Part shown: positions 11,795 to 25,090 of the stretch, piece after piece | Layout: each line of letters begins with the position of its first letter | Numbering within the stretch: position 1 is the first letter of the stretch | From: Neophaeotheca triangularis | Lineage: Eukaryota | Direction of reading: 5' to 3' | DNA: 64,000 bases | Assembly (NCBI GenBank): GCA_054600435.1 | Contig: BAAIJX010000006.1 | Coordinates: 310,001 to 374,000 of the forward strand | The notes under the pieces: generated by a model | The model's database searches: none | The model's input: only the letters and a program-made list of their open reading frames with translations | What the model was told of the DNA's origin: nothing | Made by a program: the position numbers and the translations under genes

Positions 11795-12636
11795 CCTGTA
11801 GACGACGATTTGGCGGAATACTGGGAGGGATAGCCCGACGGTTTGAGACTCCAGAACGCAATGTATACCTGGGGCAAGATAAGTAACTGATGGGAGGCTG
11901 CCCCGCCATTTAAATAGTAGACACCTTCCCTACCTTGTAAACTCACGGTGAGCTGACTGTGAAGCCTGGCTGAGGTTGACCTCGGTTACGGGTGTTGGTC
12001 GCTTGCGGTCCACCGTTGCACTTGCCCGCGACGAAACGCTTACTATCTATTGTGAATTGATATCTTCCTACCTAGGTAGTACCTACAATAACTGCTTGGT
12101 GTCTGACTGTCTACCTAGGTAGGTAAGGTCACCATCGAATGGATGCGATAATATTACTCAGCTTGTCCATCACCGACGACCGTGATTGCCCCCGGCTGTC
12201 CATCGCGCCGAAGCATCGACTCCACGCTTCTCGGACTCTCGAGGTCCCCACGTGATAGCAGCCTCACCTTAGGCACGGTACACCTGAAAGTCATAAGTAC
12301 TAACGTTACGCACAGGCACATACTGTAGTATGATGTCGTGTTTCCTAGACGCCACCCATCTCCGACACGCTGCCGTCTACATTAGCACGCCGCCATTTTC
12401 TATTTCCATCCTCTATGCATCCTTATTCTCGTCCGGCCCAATGACACGAAAGTTGACTGTCGGAGCCCTTCGAGAACACGAGCATCATGTCTTCCCGAAA
12501 GTCTGAATACGCGCATTGGTATGCCTATCCCCTTTAAGCATCTGGAAGAGTAAATAAGTCTCTCTCGTCTTTCTCTTGTCTCCCTCCATCCCTTCCGCTC
12601 TCTCAACCCATCGCTCTCAGCAAACACTTTCCGATC

Positions 12637-13568
12637 ATGCGCCTCACCACTACTCTCGCCGCCTTAGCCGCGAGCGCCCTCCCCTCAGCAACCGCCTACT
12701 GGAAAGGCTTCAACATCGGCGCCAACAACGCCGACGGCAGCTGCAAAACCACCGCGCAATGGACCACAGCTTTCAACAAATTGAAAACCCTCCCGCAACA
12801 CATAACCTCCGTGCGCCTCTACGCCAGCAGCGACTGCAACACTCTGGACCTCGCAGTCCCCGCGGCGCAAAAAACCGGCACCAACATCCTCGTGGGCGTG
12901 TGGACGGAAGACGAAGCGCATTTTGATCGCGAGAAAGCGGCGCTGAGGAGCGCGATTCAGAAGTTTGGCAAGGATTGGATTTTGGCTATTAGTGTCGGGA
13001 GTGAGGATCTGTACCGTGGGGATACGAGCGCGGGTAGGTTGGCGCAGCAGATTTATGACGTTAGGGGGATGGTGAGGGCCATGGGAGTGCAGGCCGAGGT
13101 TGGGCATGTGGATACTTGGAACGCGTGGGTGGATGGGGCGAATGCTGCTGTTATTAGGGCGGCGGATTTTGTTGGTATGGATGGTTGTGAGTGTCTCCCT
13201 CGATTCTTTCTGCGCGGCGAAATTTACTGACATGTTTGTCTGCAGACCCTTACTTCCAAAACGCTCGCATCGAAGACGCGGCTTCCGTTTTCTGGAAGTC
13301 CGTCGAGGACACTCGCAACGCCGTCAACGCCGTGAGCCCGGGCAAATGGGTGTGGGTAACCGAGACCGGTTGGCCGGTCAGCGGGCCCAACAGCGGTGCT
13401 GCGGTTCCTTCGGTGGCGAATGCTCAGAAGTACTGGCGGGACGTCGCTTGCACCGCTTTCAACCGTGTCCATCTCTTCTACTACGCCTACCAGGATTATG
13501 CGGATAGCCCGAGTTTTGGCGCGTTCGACAGGAATGGCAAGGCGATTTATGACTTGAAGGCTTGCTAG
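12637..13568 (+). CDS. Secreted GH17 beta-1,3-glucanase/glucanosyltransferase (EglC-like catalytic domain, no GPI tail)
   Basis: Signal peptide; SVRLYASSDC, AISVGSEDLYR, GHVDTW, DGYPYFQ (across intron 13187-13245) and WVTETGWP. Confidence 0.9.
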
Positions 13569-13752
13569 GGGAATTGGGGATATGCTTGAGGGCTCAAAAC
13601 ACGTGAACTAAGCTAGTAGTTCTCTTGGTCTAGAATACGACCAAGAATCAAAGTATTGATTCGTTCCATCAATCATTAATATCGGCTGTGTTTCGTTCGC
13701 GACGTAACTTGGGTATTCACATACGACAACCCCGGCCTATTGGTAGGTGCCC

Positions 13753-14760
13753 TCAAAGCTCTTGCTTCCCACCCCCTTTTTGCCCATACTTGCGAACCAA
13801 TCTACTCATGATACTCATAGCCCCACTCCTATACCCACCCCCAAAGAGCGCAAAATGGTTCAAATGATGGTACAGCTCATACAGCGCCACGCGATCCTCG
13901 TACTCACTCGCCGGCTCCGTCTTGGGACACAATTTGTGATACTCACCCATGATGCCGCCGAAACCGCCAAACATCTTCATGATGCCCAGATCGAACTCGG
14001 AATGCGCGTAGCTGGCGCTGGGGTCGAAGACGACGTCCTCGGGTGCTTCCATGCCGGGGAGAAGGCCTTTGCCGGCGTTGCCGGCCCAGAGGTCGCCGTG
14101 GACTACGACTGGTTTGATGCCTCGGCCGTTGTTGAGGTGGTCGTCGCCGATGAGGCGGGGTACGACTTCGGAAGCTGTGCGCTCGATCAACGCCTCGAGT
14201 TCGCCATCTTTGCCGTTGTTTTTGCGGGAGAAGTTGGCCATGAAGCGCAGCCGGCGGTTGGCGTAGAAGTCCGCCCACGAAGGGTTGAAAGTGTTGTCTT
14301 GCGGCGTGTCGCCGCAGCAGGTCTCGACTGGGAAGCCGAATTGCGGTCTCTCGAAGCCATCCGGGGTGGGTGCGGGCGTCGTGTGGAGTTTGGCTAGCTT
14401 TTGGGCAATGTTGGCGGCGCCTTTGCTGGTCGTGGAGCGGCCCGAGAGGTCGAGGAAGTCGGTTACTAGGAAGGATTTGGAAGGGGTGTCTTTGAGTTGA
14501 CCGTGGCCAAAGGATTGGGGGCAGAGGGTTGGTACCGAGTTGTGGATGGCGTTGAGGGAGGCGTGCTCGCCCGCAAACATTATGTCCCCTTCGGAGCTTG
14601 GAGCGGTCTTCATGAAGAATTGTTTTGTGCTGCCATTGGGTAGATTGGCGACGATTTTGGCGGTGCTTGCTGAACTCATTCCTCCGCCGCCATGGCTCTG
14701 GACCGTGGCCGCGGACGGGTCGAGAGATAGAACCGACGCAACTGCTGGGTCGATCTTCAT
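13753..14760 (-). CDS. Fructosamine/ketosamine-3-kinase family protein
   Basis: FGFPVETCCGDTPQDN, HGDLWAGN, FDPSASYAHSEFDLGIM and LYELYHHLNHFALFGGGY. The start could be 14760 (MKIDPAV) or 14805. Confidence 0.9.
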   Translation of the reverse strand: MKIDPAVASVLSLDPSAATVQSHGGGGMSSASTAKIVANLPNGSTKQFFMKTAPSSEGDIMFAGEHASLNAIHNSVPTLCPQSFGHGQLKDTPSKSFLVTDFLDLSGRSTTSKGAANIAQKLAKLHTTPAPTPDGFERPQFGFPVETCCGDTPQDNTFNPSWADFYANRRLRFMANFSRKNNGKDGELEALIERTASEVVPRLIGDDHLNNGRGIKPVVVHGDLWAGNAGKGLLPGMEAPEDVVFDPSASYAHSEFDLGIMKMFGGFGGIMGEYHKLCPKTEPASEYEDRVALYELYHHLNHFALFGGGYRSGAMSIMSRLVRKYGQKGGGKQEL

Positions 14761-15374
14761 GGTTTTTGTCTGGTTTGTGGCTTTGGTGAAGCTGGATCTT
14801 AACATAAGAGAGAGAAGGAACTTTAATAAGGAACTTTAATAGGAAAACTCGAGTATTACCTGAGGGGACATCTGGGGTTGAGGTGGGAGGGAGTCTTTGA
14901 AAGTTGTGTTGACGGATATGACGTTGTCGTCGCATCTTGCGCCAACACGCCCGGCTCGTCAACGCGTGTGGAGATCACGTCTCTTCGTTTTTCTGTGCAT
15001 CGTCTTCTTTTTCACGCACAAGAGCTGACCGAAGGATTCCGGTAAAGTAGAATCTGTCAGACCTGCGACGAAACGGACTCAGTCACCTTGTTATTGTTTG
15101 GGCAAAGGGGCTGCCCAGGTGTTTGCTTGTGTGTAGGTAATCATAACAACCAATTTCCTGATTAGGTCAAGCCTCGGATCCCGTGGAAGCTGAAAAAGTT
15201 TAGACGAGATAAACAACGCCCCCATCTCCTCCTTAATCCGCCTCTTGCTGCTTTGCCAGTTGTTCAATTGTGGTTATTCAGCGGAAGAATTCTCCTCTGA
15301 TCACAGCGAGGAGAATTTGAGCTTCTTCGGTCGTAATTGGTAACGCCATCGCCGTCGGCGCAGACCAGCCCGCC

Positions 15375-17178
15375 ATGTCTGAAAGAGTGACCCGGTCCCA
15401 GACGGGCAGTACTCCCAGGTAGAACGCGACAAGGTTGAAAGACGTCTCTTGCCGCGACTAACTAATGACTTCTCTAGAAAACCAACATCGAACGGCTTCG
15501 TTGAAACTCCGGGCACCAAGCGCCGTACTCGAAATGCCACCCCTGCTCGATCCGTTTCCCCCTCCGAACGCGCCTCCAACGCGATTGGCGCGAACCCGAC
15601 CGTCGAGATAGCCGAAGCCAAACAAGAACGTGGAGGTCTGATCAACGAACGTCCGGATGGAACGGCGAATGGCTCCGCCAAACCACCAAAGGGCAAGATC
15701 ATTGATGGGTGGCTTGTGGGCGGAGACCCCAAGATCGATCAAAACCCACACTTCGACTTTGGAGGCAGCTTCGGTGTGACGGCCATGATGGTTGGCTTCC
15801 CGCTGTTGATGTGGTACATGTGGATAGGGGCCACCTACTATGACGGTGGCTTCCCTAGAGAGCCGAACATGAGCTGGGACGAATACGCGCATCATCTTTT
15901 CAACCTCGCCTACGTTGGTGCATTCCCTCACCTGCGCGCCTGGGTCATCTACTGGGTTTTCCTCATCGGTCAAGGTGCGATGTACCTTTACATGCCCGGC
16001 GTCTATTCCACTGGCAAGCCGCTACCTCACGAGGGCGGTAAGCAGTTGAAATACTACTGCAGCGCCATGTACAGTTTCTACACCACCATCGCACTGGCCG
16101 CCATCTTTCACTTTACCGGAATCTTCAAGCTCTACACCTTGATCGACGAATTCGGCCCACTTATGTCTGTTGCCATCATCACAGGGTTCCTCGTCTCGAT
16201 AGTGGCCTACATCTCTGCATTGTACCGCGGCAAGCAGCACCGTATGACCGGCTACCACGTCTACGACTTCTTCATGGGCGCCGAGCTGAACCCTCGCATG
16301 TTTACATGGTTGGACTTCAAGATGTTCTTCGAGGTTCGCTTGCCTTGGTTCATCCTCTTTCTCATCAGCTTGAGCGTTGCAGCTAGGCAATACGAGGACT
16401 ATGGCTACGTTTCTGGCGAAGTTGGCTTCTTGTGCATGGCCCATTTTCTTTATGCAAACGCTTGCGCAAAGGGTGAGGAGATGATTGTCATTACATGGTG
16501 CGTTTTCACTAATAAATACCTTCTTACTCGCGCCAGCTGCTAACCACCTGTACAGGGACATGTACTACGAGAAATGGGGATTCATGCTGATCTTTTGGAA
16601 CTTGGCCGGCGTGCCCCTTTCCTACTGCCACTGCAGCATCTACCTCGCCAACCACCACCCCAGCACCTACGCTTACTCTAAGCCAGTACTCGTCTTCCTT
16701 TACGCATCCTACCTCTTCGCCTACTGGGTTTGGGACACATGCGGCTCGCAGAAAAACAACTTCCGTGCCAAAGAGCGCGGCGTCAACGTCGAGCGCAACA
16801 CCTTCCCGCAACTTCCCTGGCGACACGTCCCTCAGAACCCCAAGAAGATCACGACCGATGCCGGCGACTCTCTCCTCGTCGATGGCTGGTACCAGTACGC
16901 GCGCAAGATCCACTACACCTGCGACATGTACTTTGCGCTGTGCTGGGGCTTGATCACCGGTTTCGACTCGCCCTTTCCTTGGTTCTACCCAGTCTTCTTT
17001 GGAATCATGATTGTGCACAGAGCGTACAGGGACATCCAGAGGTGCAAGGAGAAGTATGGAAAGTCGTGGGAGGAGTATGAGAAGAGAGTGCCGTATCTGT
17101 TCATTCCGGTAAGTCTGCTGCTCGCCAAAGATCCGCTTCTGGGCAGTCTGCTAACGATGGTAATAGTACCTGTTCTAA
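15375..17178 (+). CDS. ERG4: Delta24(24(1))-sterol reductase
   Basis: [56 protein letters not shown] and [15 protein letters not shown]. Introns 15419-15477, 16498-16555 and 17109-17166; ends FIPYLF*. Confidence 0.93.
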
Positions 17179-18864
17179 GGGGGAGTAGACTGTGCACTTG
17201 GACTCTTCAGGAGGATGCTGTTTTACAGCAGTACATATTGTAATAGTCGTTCTAGCCAATTGTTCACCAGGCTAGGCATTCCGGACGACATGATGCTGGG
17301 GACATTACAAAAGATGGTAGAAACTGACTTCTCAGCTGAGACTGACTTACACGAACTCAAAGATAGTAGGCACTCGAAGATAGGGAGCAACAGACCGAAG
17401 AAGATCCCCGAAAGGCTGGTGTCCGATGTTAAAACTCGCAGCCGATGTTGGTCGATGCAGAGTGGACGCGGCAAACTCTTGCCTCAATACGTAGGGCTGT
17501 CTATTGCTGACTCGGAGAATCGTGTATTAAAATCGTTCATGGTCGAGAATCACTGTTATTAGTTGGTTGTATTGTGGTGCTATTATTGGGCCGAACGTTC
17601 CACCTAGGGCTCCACAGGTAGACGAGCGAGACTATTTGTTTAACGATCGTTTTTGGGGTCTCCTCTTTCTCGAGCTGCCACGTGCGATGAATGAGTTCGG
17701 TAACGACGACCCGCGTCGAGGCTACCCTCTGGTTCCGTGCTTGGGTGGTTGGACGGCGGAGACGGCTAGAGATTCCCACGAGTTGCCGGAGACTCGCCAG
17801 GCGAGCTCGACAGAAGACGAATGTCACAATAATGTGGCTCTGTCTACCATATCGAATCTTACGCAGGCCCATCTTGGTCCACAAATTCGAGCAAGGGCCC
17901 AGTCGAGGCAGGGCGGTTCCATTAAATTGTACCAACGTCGGCTTCTTTGGATGCGTCGGATCGTGGAGTCACTCACTTCTCCTTGCAAGATACTCGATTG
18001 CTTGACTTAGCTATACAAAGCACACTTGTACCCCGCGTGATCCTTTACAACTTTAGAGCAGCATCAAGAGTGCCACGAGCTGCCCACGCAGGATGACGAA
18101 TGACTACCACAAAGAGGTCGACGACGCCCGTGGATCCGTCGATGTATGCACGTCTGTGCACGGCTCAAGCCAAGAGAGGTAAAGTCAACGAAGCTAAATG
18201 CAAAGCTTTACGCCGTGTGGAGGGGATCTCTCGGCAGGCTTGAGAGTAATGCTTACCTTAGCCAGCTAGAACAACTTTAATCGGCCGTATATCCCGACAT
18301 CATCATACACCCACAACCGGAGCCGCACTCGGCCCTCCTCCAATTGCCATGCCCTAGCAAGTAGCACCAGCTCGCGCACAGCTCACGCGCAGCTACATCA
18401 GCGGCACCCCTGCGCCCGCCGAGAGAACGACCGACGCCGTCACAAACCGCCACAGACCGCCCGTATCTGAGACTCTGCACGCGCCAGCCATGGTCCCCGT
18501 CTCAGCTTGTCAAGGGCAAAGATGCCAAAGAATTGTACATGTTTCTGTCGCGCTGGAGACCCCGCCGGCAACCCCTCGCCATTCTGGCCGCCCACAGCTG
18601 CCCTCATGGGCCCCCTCCTGACCCCTCCACCGCGGAGACTCTGCCCAGACTGCTGTTTTTGTTTGCACTCCATGCCATGGGCTAGGGCGTCATGGCCCGC
18701 GGGCAGCTTGGTCCAAGCATTGCTTCGCCCATCCCCCTCCACTCTGGGCAGAAGTCTTATATTCGGGGCTTGGTAGCTCTTCGTTGCTTGGTCTCCCCAT
18801 CCCTCCAACTTCACGCCTTGCCTTCCCTCGCCGCACACTTTTCTTTTCGCGACCGGCAGCTATC

Positions 18865-20740
18865 ATGGGTCTTCTTCTCAAAAAGCCCGAGGGCGAGGAG
18901 GGTGCAGCATGGCCTGCCATTTGCGTTGGTCTCTTTGCTGCTTTTGCTGGTATCCTTTATGGTTACGACACAGGTGAGCACACGACCGCATCTCGACCCT
19001 CAAAAGCACATCACTGACGGAATCTCTTGCCAAGGTACCATCTCCGGTATCCAAAATATGGACACCTGGAAAGCGCAATTCTTTCCCAACGAGACCGGCG
19101 ACCCTCCGGAGAGTGAGATCTCTCTTATCGTTTCAATTCTCTCCGTCGGTACTTTTGTTGGTGCTTTGATGGCCGGTATTCTGGCAGATGTCGCAGGCCG
19201 CAAGTGGGGAATTATCCTTTCCGCCATGATCCCCTTCAACCTTGGTGTCGCTCTTCAGACTGGCGCGCACACCAAGGCTACCTTTATCGCTGGCCGCTTC
19301 TTCGCTGGTCTCGGTGTTGGTTTGATCTCGGTGCAGATTCCCATGTTTCAGTAAGTAGATTTCGAGCCAGTCTGTTTCCCAACAACTGCAGAGTGCTAAC
19401 CGATTCGACAGAGCCGAGACTCTCCCCAAGTGGATCCGCGGTTTCATTATCGGCTCTTACCAGCTCGCCATTACGATCGGTCTGCTCCTCGCTGCCCTTG
19501 TCAACTATGGGACTGAGAACAGGAATGACAGCAGCGCCTACCGCATCCCGCTGGGCATTCAGTTTGCCTGGTCTCTAATCCTTGCGGGGGGTCTTGCCTT
19601 TTTACCCGAGACACCTCGTTACCTCATCAAGGCTGGCAAAGACTCTAAGGCTATCAAATCTCTCACTCAACTTCGCCGACTTCCTGCCGATCACCCAGCG
19701 ATTCAAGCGGAATTTGAAGAGATTCACGGCAATTACGAGTACGAAAAGTCGTTGGGCAGTGCATCATACTTGGACTGCTTCAGGGGTGACATTGGCAAGC
19801 GGACAATGACTGGTATCGGCATCCAGTGCCTGCAGCAACTCGTCGGTGTCAACTTCATCTTGTAAGCAGCGATTCCATTTACCCTTGAAATGCTCGACCA
19901 GCTACTAACAAAATCTCAGCTACTACGGTACCACCTACTTCTCCAACAACTACGGCGACGCCCTCCCCGACGCTTTCATCCTCCAAACCATCACCAATGT
20001 CGTCAACGTCGTCGGCACCTTCCCAGGTCTCTACGTCATCGACGCTTTCGGAAGACGTCCGCTTTTGCTTGCCGGAGCTCTGGGCATGGGTATCTGCCAA
20101 TACATTGTGGCGGCGTGCGGTGTAGCCACGGAGAACGACAACAACAGCTCTGCCATTGCGCAATTCTCCTTCATCTGCATCTACATCGTCTTCTTCGCCA
20201 GTACCTTTGGTCCCGGTGCCTGGGTGGTCACGGGAGAGATCTTCCCTCTCAAGGTCCGCGCAAAGTGCTTGTCCTTGACAACTGCCTCGAACTGGTAAGC
20301 CAGGCCATTCCCTGTAAGCACAAACTCGCAGAAGACATCGCTAACACCGTTCTCCCTCTGAAGGCTCTTTAACTGGCTCCTCTCCTTCATCACTCCCTAC
20401 CTCACCGGCGCCGACTACGCCAACCTCGGCACCAACATTTTCTGGATCTGGGGCGGTTTCTGGTAAGCCCTTCCCTACACAAAATCCTAACCAACTTCAC
20501 TACAGCCAGTCTAACTATCAATTCCGCAGCTGGATCGCCGTCGGTTTCGTCTGGCTGCTCGTCTACGAGACCAAGGACACAACGCTCGAGCAGGTCAACG
20601 AGCTTTACGCGAACGAGAAGTGTGCGTGGAAGAGCGCGGGTTACAAGAACCAGTTGCAAGAGCGCAGGTGGAGCGCTACGGCTCAGGAGGGTCTGGAGAG
20701 GGAGAAGGAGGGGAGTGTCATGAAGGAGGATGCTTCTTAA
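18865..20740 (+). CDS. MFS sugar porter (high-affinity hexose transporter-like)
   Basis: FAAFAGILYGYDTG, DVAGRKWG, GRFFAGLGVG, PETPRYL, QQLVGVNFIFYYG, DAFGRRPLL and GEIFPLKVRAK. Five GT-AG introns near 18974, 19350, 19862, 20295 and 20463. Confidence 0.92.
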
Positions 20741-21312
20741 AGCCGTTGAGCAAGATTGGGGTTGGTGTTGACAGGCGTCTTCGTGCAATGCTTGATCGGC
20801 TTGATGTTAAAGCCTGCATACCAGGCAGCATGTCTCGAGAAGTTTTTCGAGAATTGTATATGTTCTTCAAATTTGACCCATTCTCTTGGATGATGGATAC
20901 GGTTGAGGATCTTGTTCGACAACGTCGCCGGCGAAAATGGCTCCATCGAGGGGAAAGGCTGCGTGCGGGCTTCCTCCGGCTCGGTCCAACTGGTTGTTCG
21001 CTCCCCTTACAATTGCTCTATCTCTACATTTCTTTGCTTCCTAGCTAAGGTGGGAGTCGCGCCAGGAGGGCGGTCCCCAGCGCCACCAGCTCGAAGCGGA
21101 CGGTCTCTGCGGCGAAACCGACGTTGACCGGAGCCACTACGCCGAAGAGCTCTTCCGGGTTGAAGGCAAGTTAGCTCAGTAACCTTTTAGAAAAAGAACA
21201 GCATTGTGAAAGCAAACTCTATAGCCCCGCACTTTACCATCATACGATACAAAGTATCAAAGTGAGTTGTTAATCACAAGTTGTTGACCACGGTAGAAGC
21301 CATTACCGCCCA

Positions 21313-24300
21313 ATGTGTGTTGGCACAAGAGGCTCAACTCTCGGCGAGCTGCTAGCAGAAAAATCGACGAAAGACTCCCAGAATCTCGCGTTGGTTTGCA
21401 TGCACCAGTCCGCCGACCACCTTCCCATCGACTTCTCCATGGCGATAGCTCAGGCCAGCCAGACCTCCTACCTCCGTTGGACGCATGGCCAACTTCAACA
21501 TGCGGGCGAACTTGTAGCTCGAAGACTCGTCACTCGCCTACAAAGGCATTCGCCGTGGCGATCCGATCGCTACGTTACTCTTCAACTGCGTTGAATAGGT
21601 TGTCCTCGTTCATGCCGCCGCAATTCTCGGATGTCCGTTTGTGCCGCTTAACGCGAAGGGCGTGTCGAACGCCGCTGAGCTGGAGTATATGCTCACGCTT
21701 TCCGGGGCGCGAATACTCGTTTTGCCCGAAGTTGAGACCATTAAGAAACTGGATCATATTGTTCCAGAAGTCTTGCGGGAATCGAGGCTAGGTATTGTGC
21801 TGGGTGGTGGTAGCGGGGGCTCGCCTCGGGGATGGATGTGTTGCAATGAGCTGTGTAAAGAAGCAGTTGGTGATGCTAGCTGCACTAACGGCCACGAGGA
21901 TGGTAACGAAACAGGAACTCAAGCAACTGTTCGCGGGGGAGGCAAAGACTCCGATGCCACGGATAAGATGGAAGCACTAGCAATGATCATCTTCACCAGC
22001 GGTCAGTCCTCCATACTTACTCCTTGCCGCGGTGCTGATGTTCTGCCAAAGGTACCGCCTCCAACCCCAAGGGCGCCATCTACAGTAATACGACAATCTC
22101 GGCAAGTCTGCTGTCGGTGAAAGCGGCTTTGGGGTTAGATGCTCCGAGCAAGATCTGCGGGCACATGCCAAACCATCACATTGGCGGCGCAGGTATCCTG
22201 CTCAGTTTCCTCGTCTCTGGTGGCTGTGTCGTTTTTCCTTCGGCTTCCTTCGATCCAAGGCGGTCGCTGAAAGCGTAAGTCCGTCGTTGTTCCCAATTAC
22301 GGAAGTGTCTGGAACTGATCAAAACCATAGCGTCGCCGCGTAGAAGTGCACAAATATCCCAAGCGTTCCCGCAATGATTCAAACCCTATCACTTCACCCG
22401 AAGCTAGCCACGAGCGGCATGTCCAGTCTCACCAGCGTGCAAACTGGGACCACGACCATCCTTCCGGAGCACTTGAAATTGGCCAACACGGCTTTCGAAT
22501 GTGGAGGGGCTAGCAACTCTTTCGCCGCTACAGAAGGCACCCTTGTTACGTTCCGTTGGCACGACGCTACCGCACACAAGCCGGTGCGAGGGTACGAATC
22601 TGTGCGCCCGAGGCTCGCGAGCCTGTCCCGAGAGGCGAGACGGGCGAGATCCATATTAGCGGCCCTCAGGTCATCCGAGGACATCTAGACAATATTTCAG
22701 CAAAGGGCTTCTACGACGACGACCAGGGCCGTTGGTTCGTTACTGGGGATCAAGCAGTCATGGCATCAGATGGCGATATGACCACTTCTGGCCGGTACAA
22801 GGATTTAATCATCCGGGGAGGAGAGAGCATCGCTCCCGCAGCGATCGAGGCGGTATTTGATGCGAAGATGGGATATCGGTAAGTCAAGGAGAGGTATTCT
22901 ATCCCACGTGAGCGGACCATTGGCAAAAGCACAAGTTGTCGGCATCCCGGATAAACTGAGTGGCGAGGTCCCAGTGGCTGTCTTCCAACCACAGAAAGGG
23001 AATGACCTTCCGGCTAAAGGTGATATTCGAGACATATTGGTGAGGGAGTTGGGTCCCGCATCAGTCCTGGAAAGAATGTATACCCTTGCGGAGCTTGGAC
23101 TCCAGGATTGTCCAAGGACTTCCAGTGGCAAAGTACGGAAAATAGATCTCAAAGATCTACTGGTGACGCACGAGGCTACTGTTGATGATCAGATCGAGGA
23201 GTCTATCGATGGCACCGGACCGCATGATGTAGAGAACAATGTAGCGCGTTTATGGGCGAGAGTCTTTGGCATCGATGCGAAAACGATGGATCCCAACTGT
23301 CATGTTGACGAATTTGCCGACAGCCTTATGATGTTGCGACTGCGTAGCCATGTCAAGAAGGAATTTGGCTCTGATGTTAGCATTGAAGAATTGCAGCGGG
23401 CTGGCACGGTCGAGAAACAGGCGGAGTTATTGCAGTCGCGGCAAGAAACCGCTGCAGGAGTAGTTGCTACACGTGAGGGACCACCAGGCGTCGATGACAT
23501 GGTCGTGTAGTCGTGGCTCTTGGTGACGACGAAGTGGCTGCTCGGATCCGCGAACATGTTACCAAGGCGATCGAGCCGATGGGCATGGGCTGGGAAGAAG
23601 ACGTGGAAGACGTCCTTCCTTCTCTTCGTGGGACCATGAATCGCACATATTTGGTTCTGTGAAGGGATCGCATTGAAACGTTCGCGCAATCATGGCGACC
23701 AAGACTGCTGGTGTGAGACAACTTGTGGTAGCGATACAAGCAGCGCTCAAGAACTTCTCGATGAATCGAAGTTACGAGATCAAGAGCATCAATGACGAAA
23801 CGACATTCCGAGTAATTATGCGGCCGAATGAACGCTGGTTCAGAGTAGTAATCGAAGAAATCGAGCGGTCGACAATTTGGAAGACTTGAGCAAACTCCGC
23901 TTCGATGGCACCCACTTCAAGACCGGCGACACACAGCATCCCTACACAGCACTCCGCGTCGAGGTCGCCCACCTCAACTCAACGAACACTGCGGGCTTCA
24001 CGTGGTCCGCAGAGCATTCGGCCTTTGACGGTCTGAGCCTATACTCCTTCATCGAAGATCTGGACGCCCTCCTCGCGAGACCAAACATTCCCCCACAACC
24101 GCATGTCTCGTACAAACTCTGGGCGGACACGTACTGGCCGCAGCGCACATCCCAAACAGCGAAAACATCAGCGAAACGACAAGCCCGACGTCTGCGCAAT
24201 CTAGGAACCCACCGCGCATCACTCTTCCCAGCCCCCGCCAACGCACCCAACCCCGCAGCCGACCAAATATCCTACTTACAACAAACCACCTCCGTAGCCC

Positions 24301-24990
24301 CGGTCCTCTGGACCACCGTCCCAGACCTTGGCCTCAAAACCACGCACAACCTAAGCCCCTTCCTCCTCCCCAAAGCCGCCCTCTCCCTCTTCCTAACGCG
24401 CAAAACCCCCACCCCCACCGCCCTCTTCGCGCAAAACGAAAACGGCCGCTCCTGGCCCAACACCCCCGCCTAGACGCAAGCCCATCTCCCGGACTGCATG
24501 CCAGTGGCGGGTCCAACGCTAGAGCGCACGGCGCAAACGGTCTCGGTGCCGCCTTCGGCCACCGCGCTGGAGCTCATGAGGGATAGCGCAGAGCGTCAGG
24601 GAGCCGAGGCCGCGGACGTGCATGCGCCTGTGCGTGTGGTGCGCGAGGAGCTTGAGACAAGCGAGCGGGGCGTTTTTCACGAGGTTTTGAGGGGGGCTTG
24701 TATCAATTATATCCCCGTGTGGACGGTGCGGGGACGGGTTGTCTTGGACGAGATAGTTTTTAATGATTTGAGTAGTAATCGTGAGACTAGATGGTTGTTT
24801 ACTTGTGGGTTCGAGGGCGAGGGCGACGGGCGCGAGGCGGTGGTTTGGGCGAAGGTTTTTGCTGTGGAGGATTTTTGTGAGGCCCGAGGACGCTGTGGCT
24901 TGGGGTAAGGAGGTTTTGGATCTTGCGGCTTGGATGGCTGAGGAAGGGAATTGGGAGAGCTGTGTTGGGGAGTGTCCAATTGGAAGGGAT
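21313..24990 (+). pseudogene. Decayed monomodular NRPS-like gene (A-T-C)
   Basis: A-domain motifs FTSGTASNPKG (across an intron), TGDQA, GRYKDLIIRGGE and PRTSSGKVRK; T-domain FADSLMML; C-domain EHSAFDGLS. In-frame TAG stops at 21596, 22341, 23508 and 24471, plus several frameshifts. The 3' boundary is approximate. Confidence 0.8.
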
Positions 24991-25090
24991 TAGAAGTGTC
25001 TTGGATTGATTGAGTGGGGAGCAGTAGCATCTAGAATCTATAAAGCATGGCTGACGTTTCGCAATCTCAGTGATGCCCGCAACCCTCCTG

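Noticed and set aside
13747..14962. Long overlapping ORFs of 216 aa (+) and 339 aa (-) on the fructosamine kinase
   Set aside because: Shadow frames caused by high third-position GC; no recognisable motifs.
17567..18010. 147-aa ORF downstream of ERG4
   Set aside because: Non-ATG start and no recognisable motif; cannot be supported without homology.
2537..24990. Secondary-metabolite cluster made of the monooxygenase, LovD-like esterase, transporter and NRPS-like gene
   Set aside because: The genes are spread over 22 kb among housekeeping genes (ERG4, fructosamine kinase, GH17), there is no cluster regulator, and the backbone gene is decayed.
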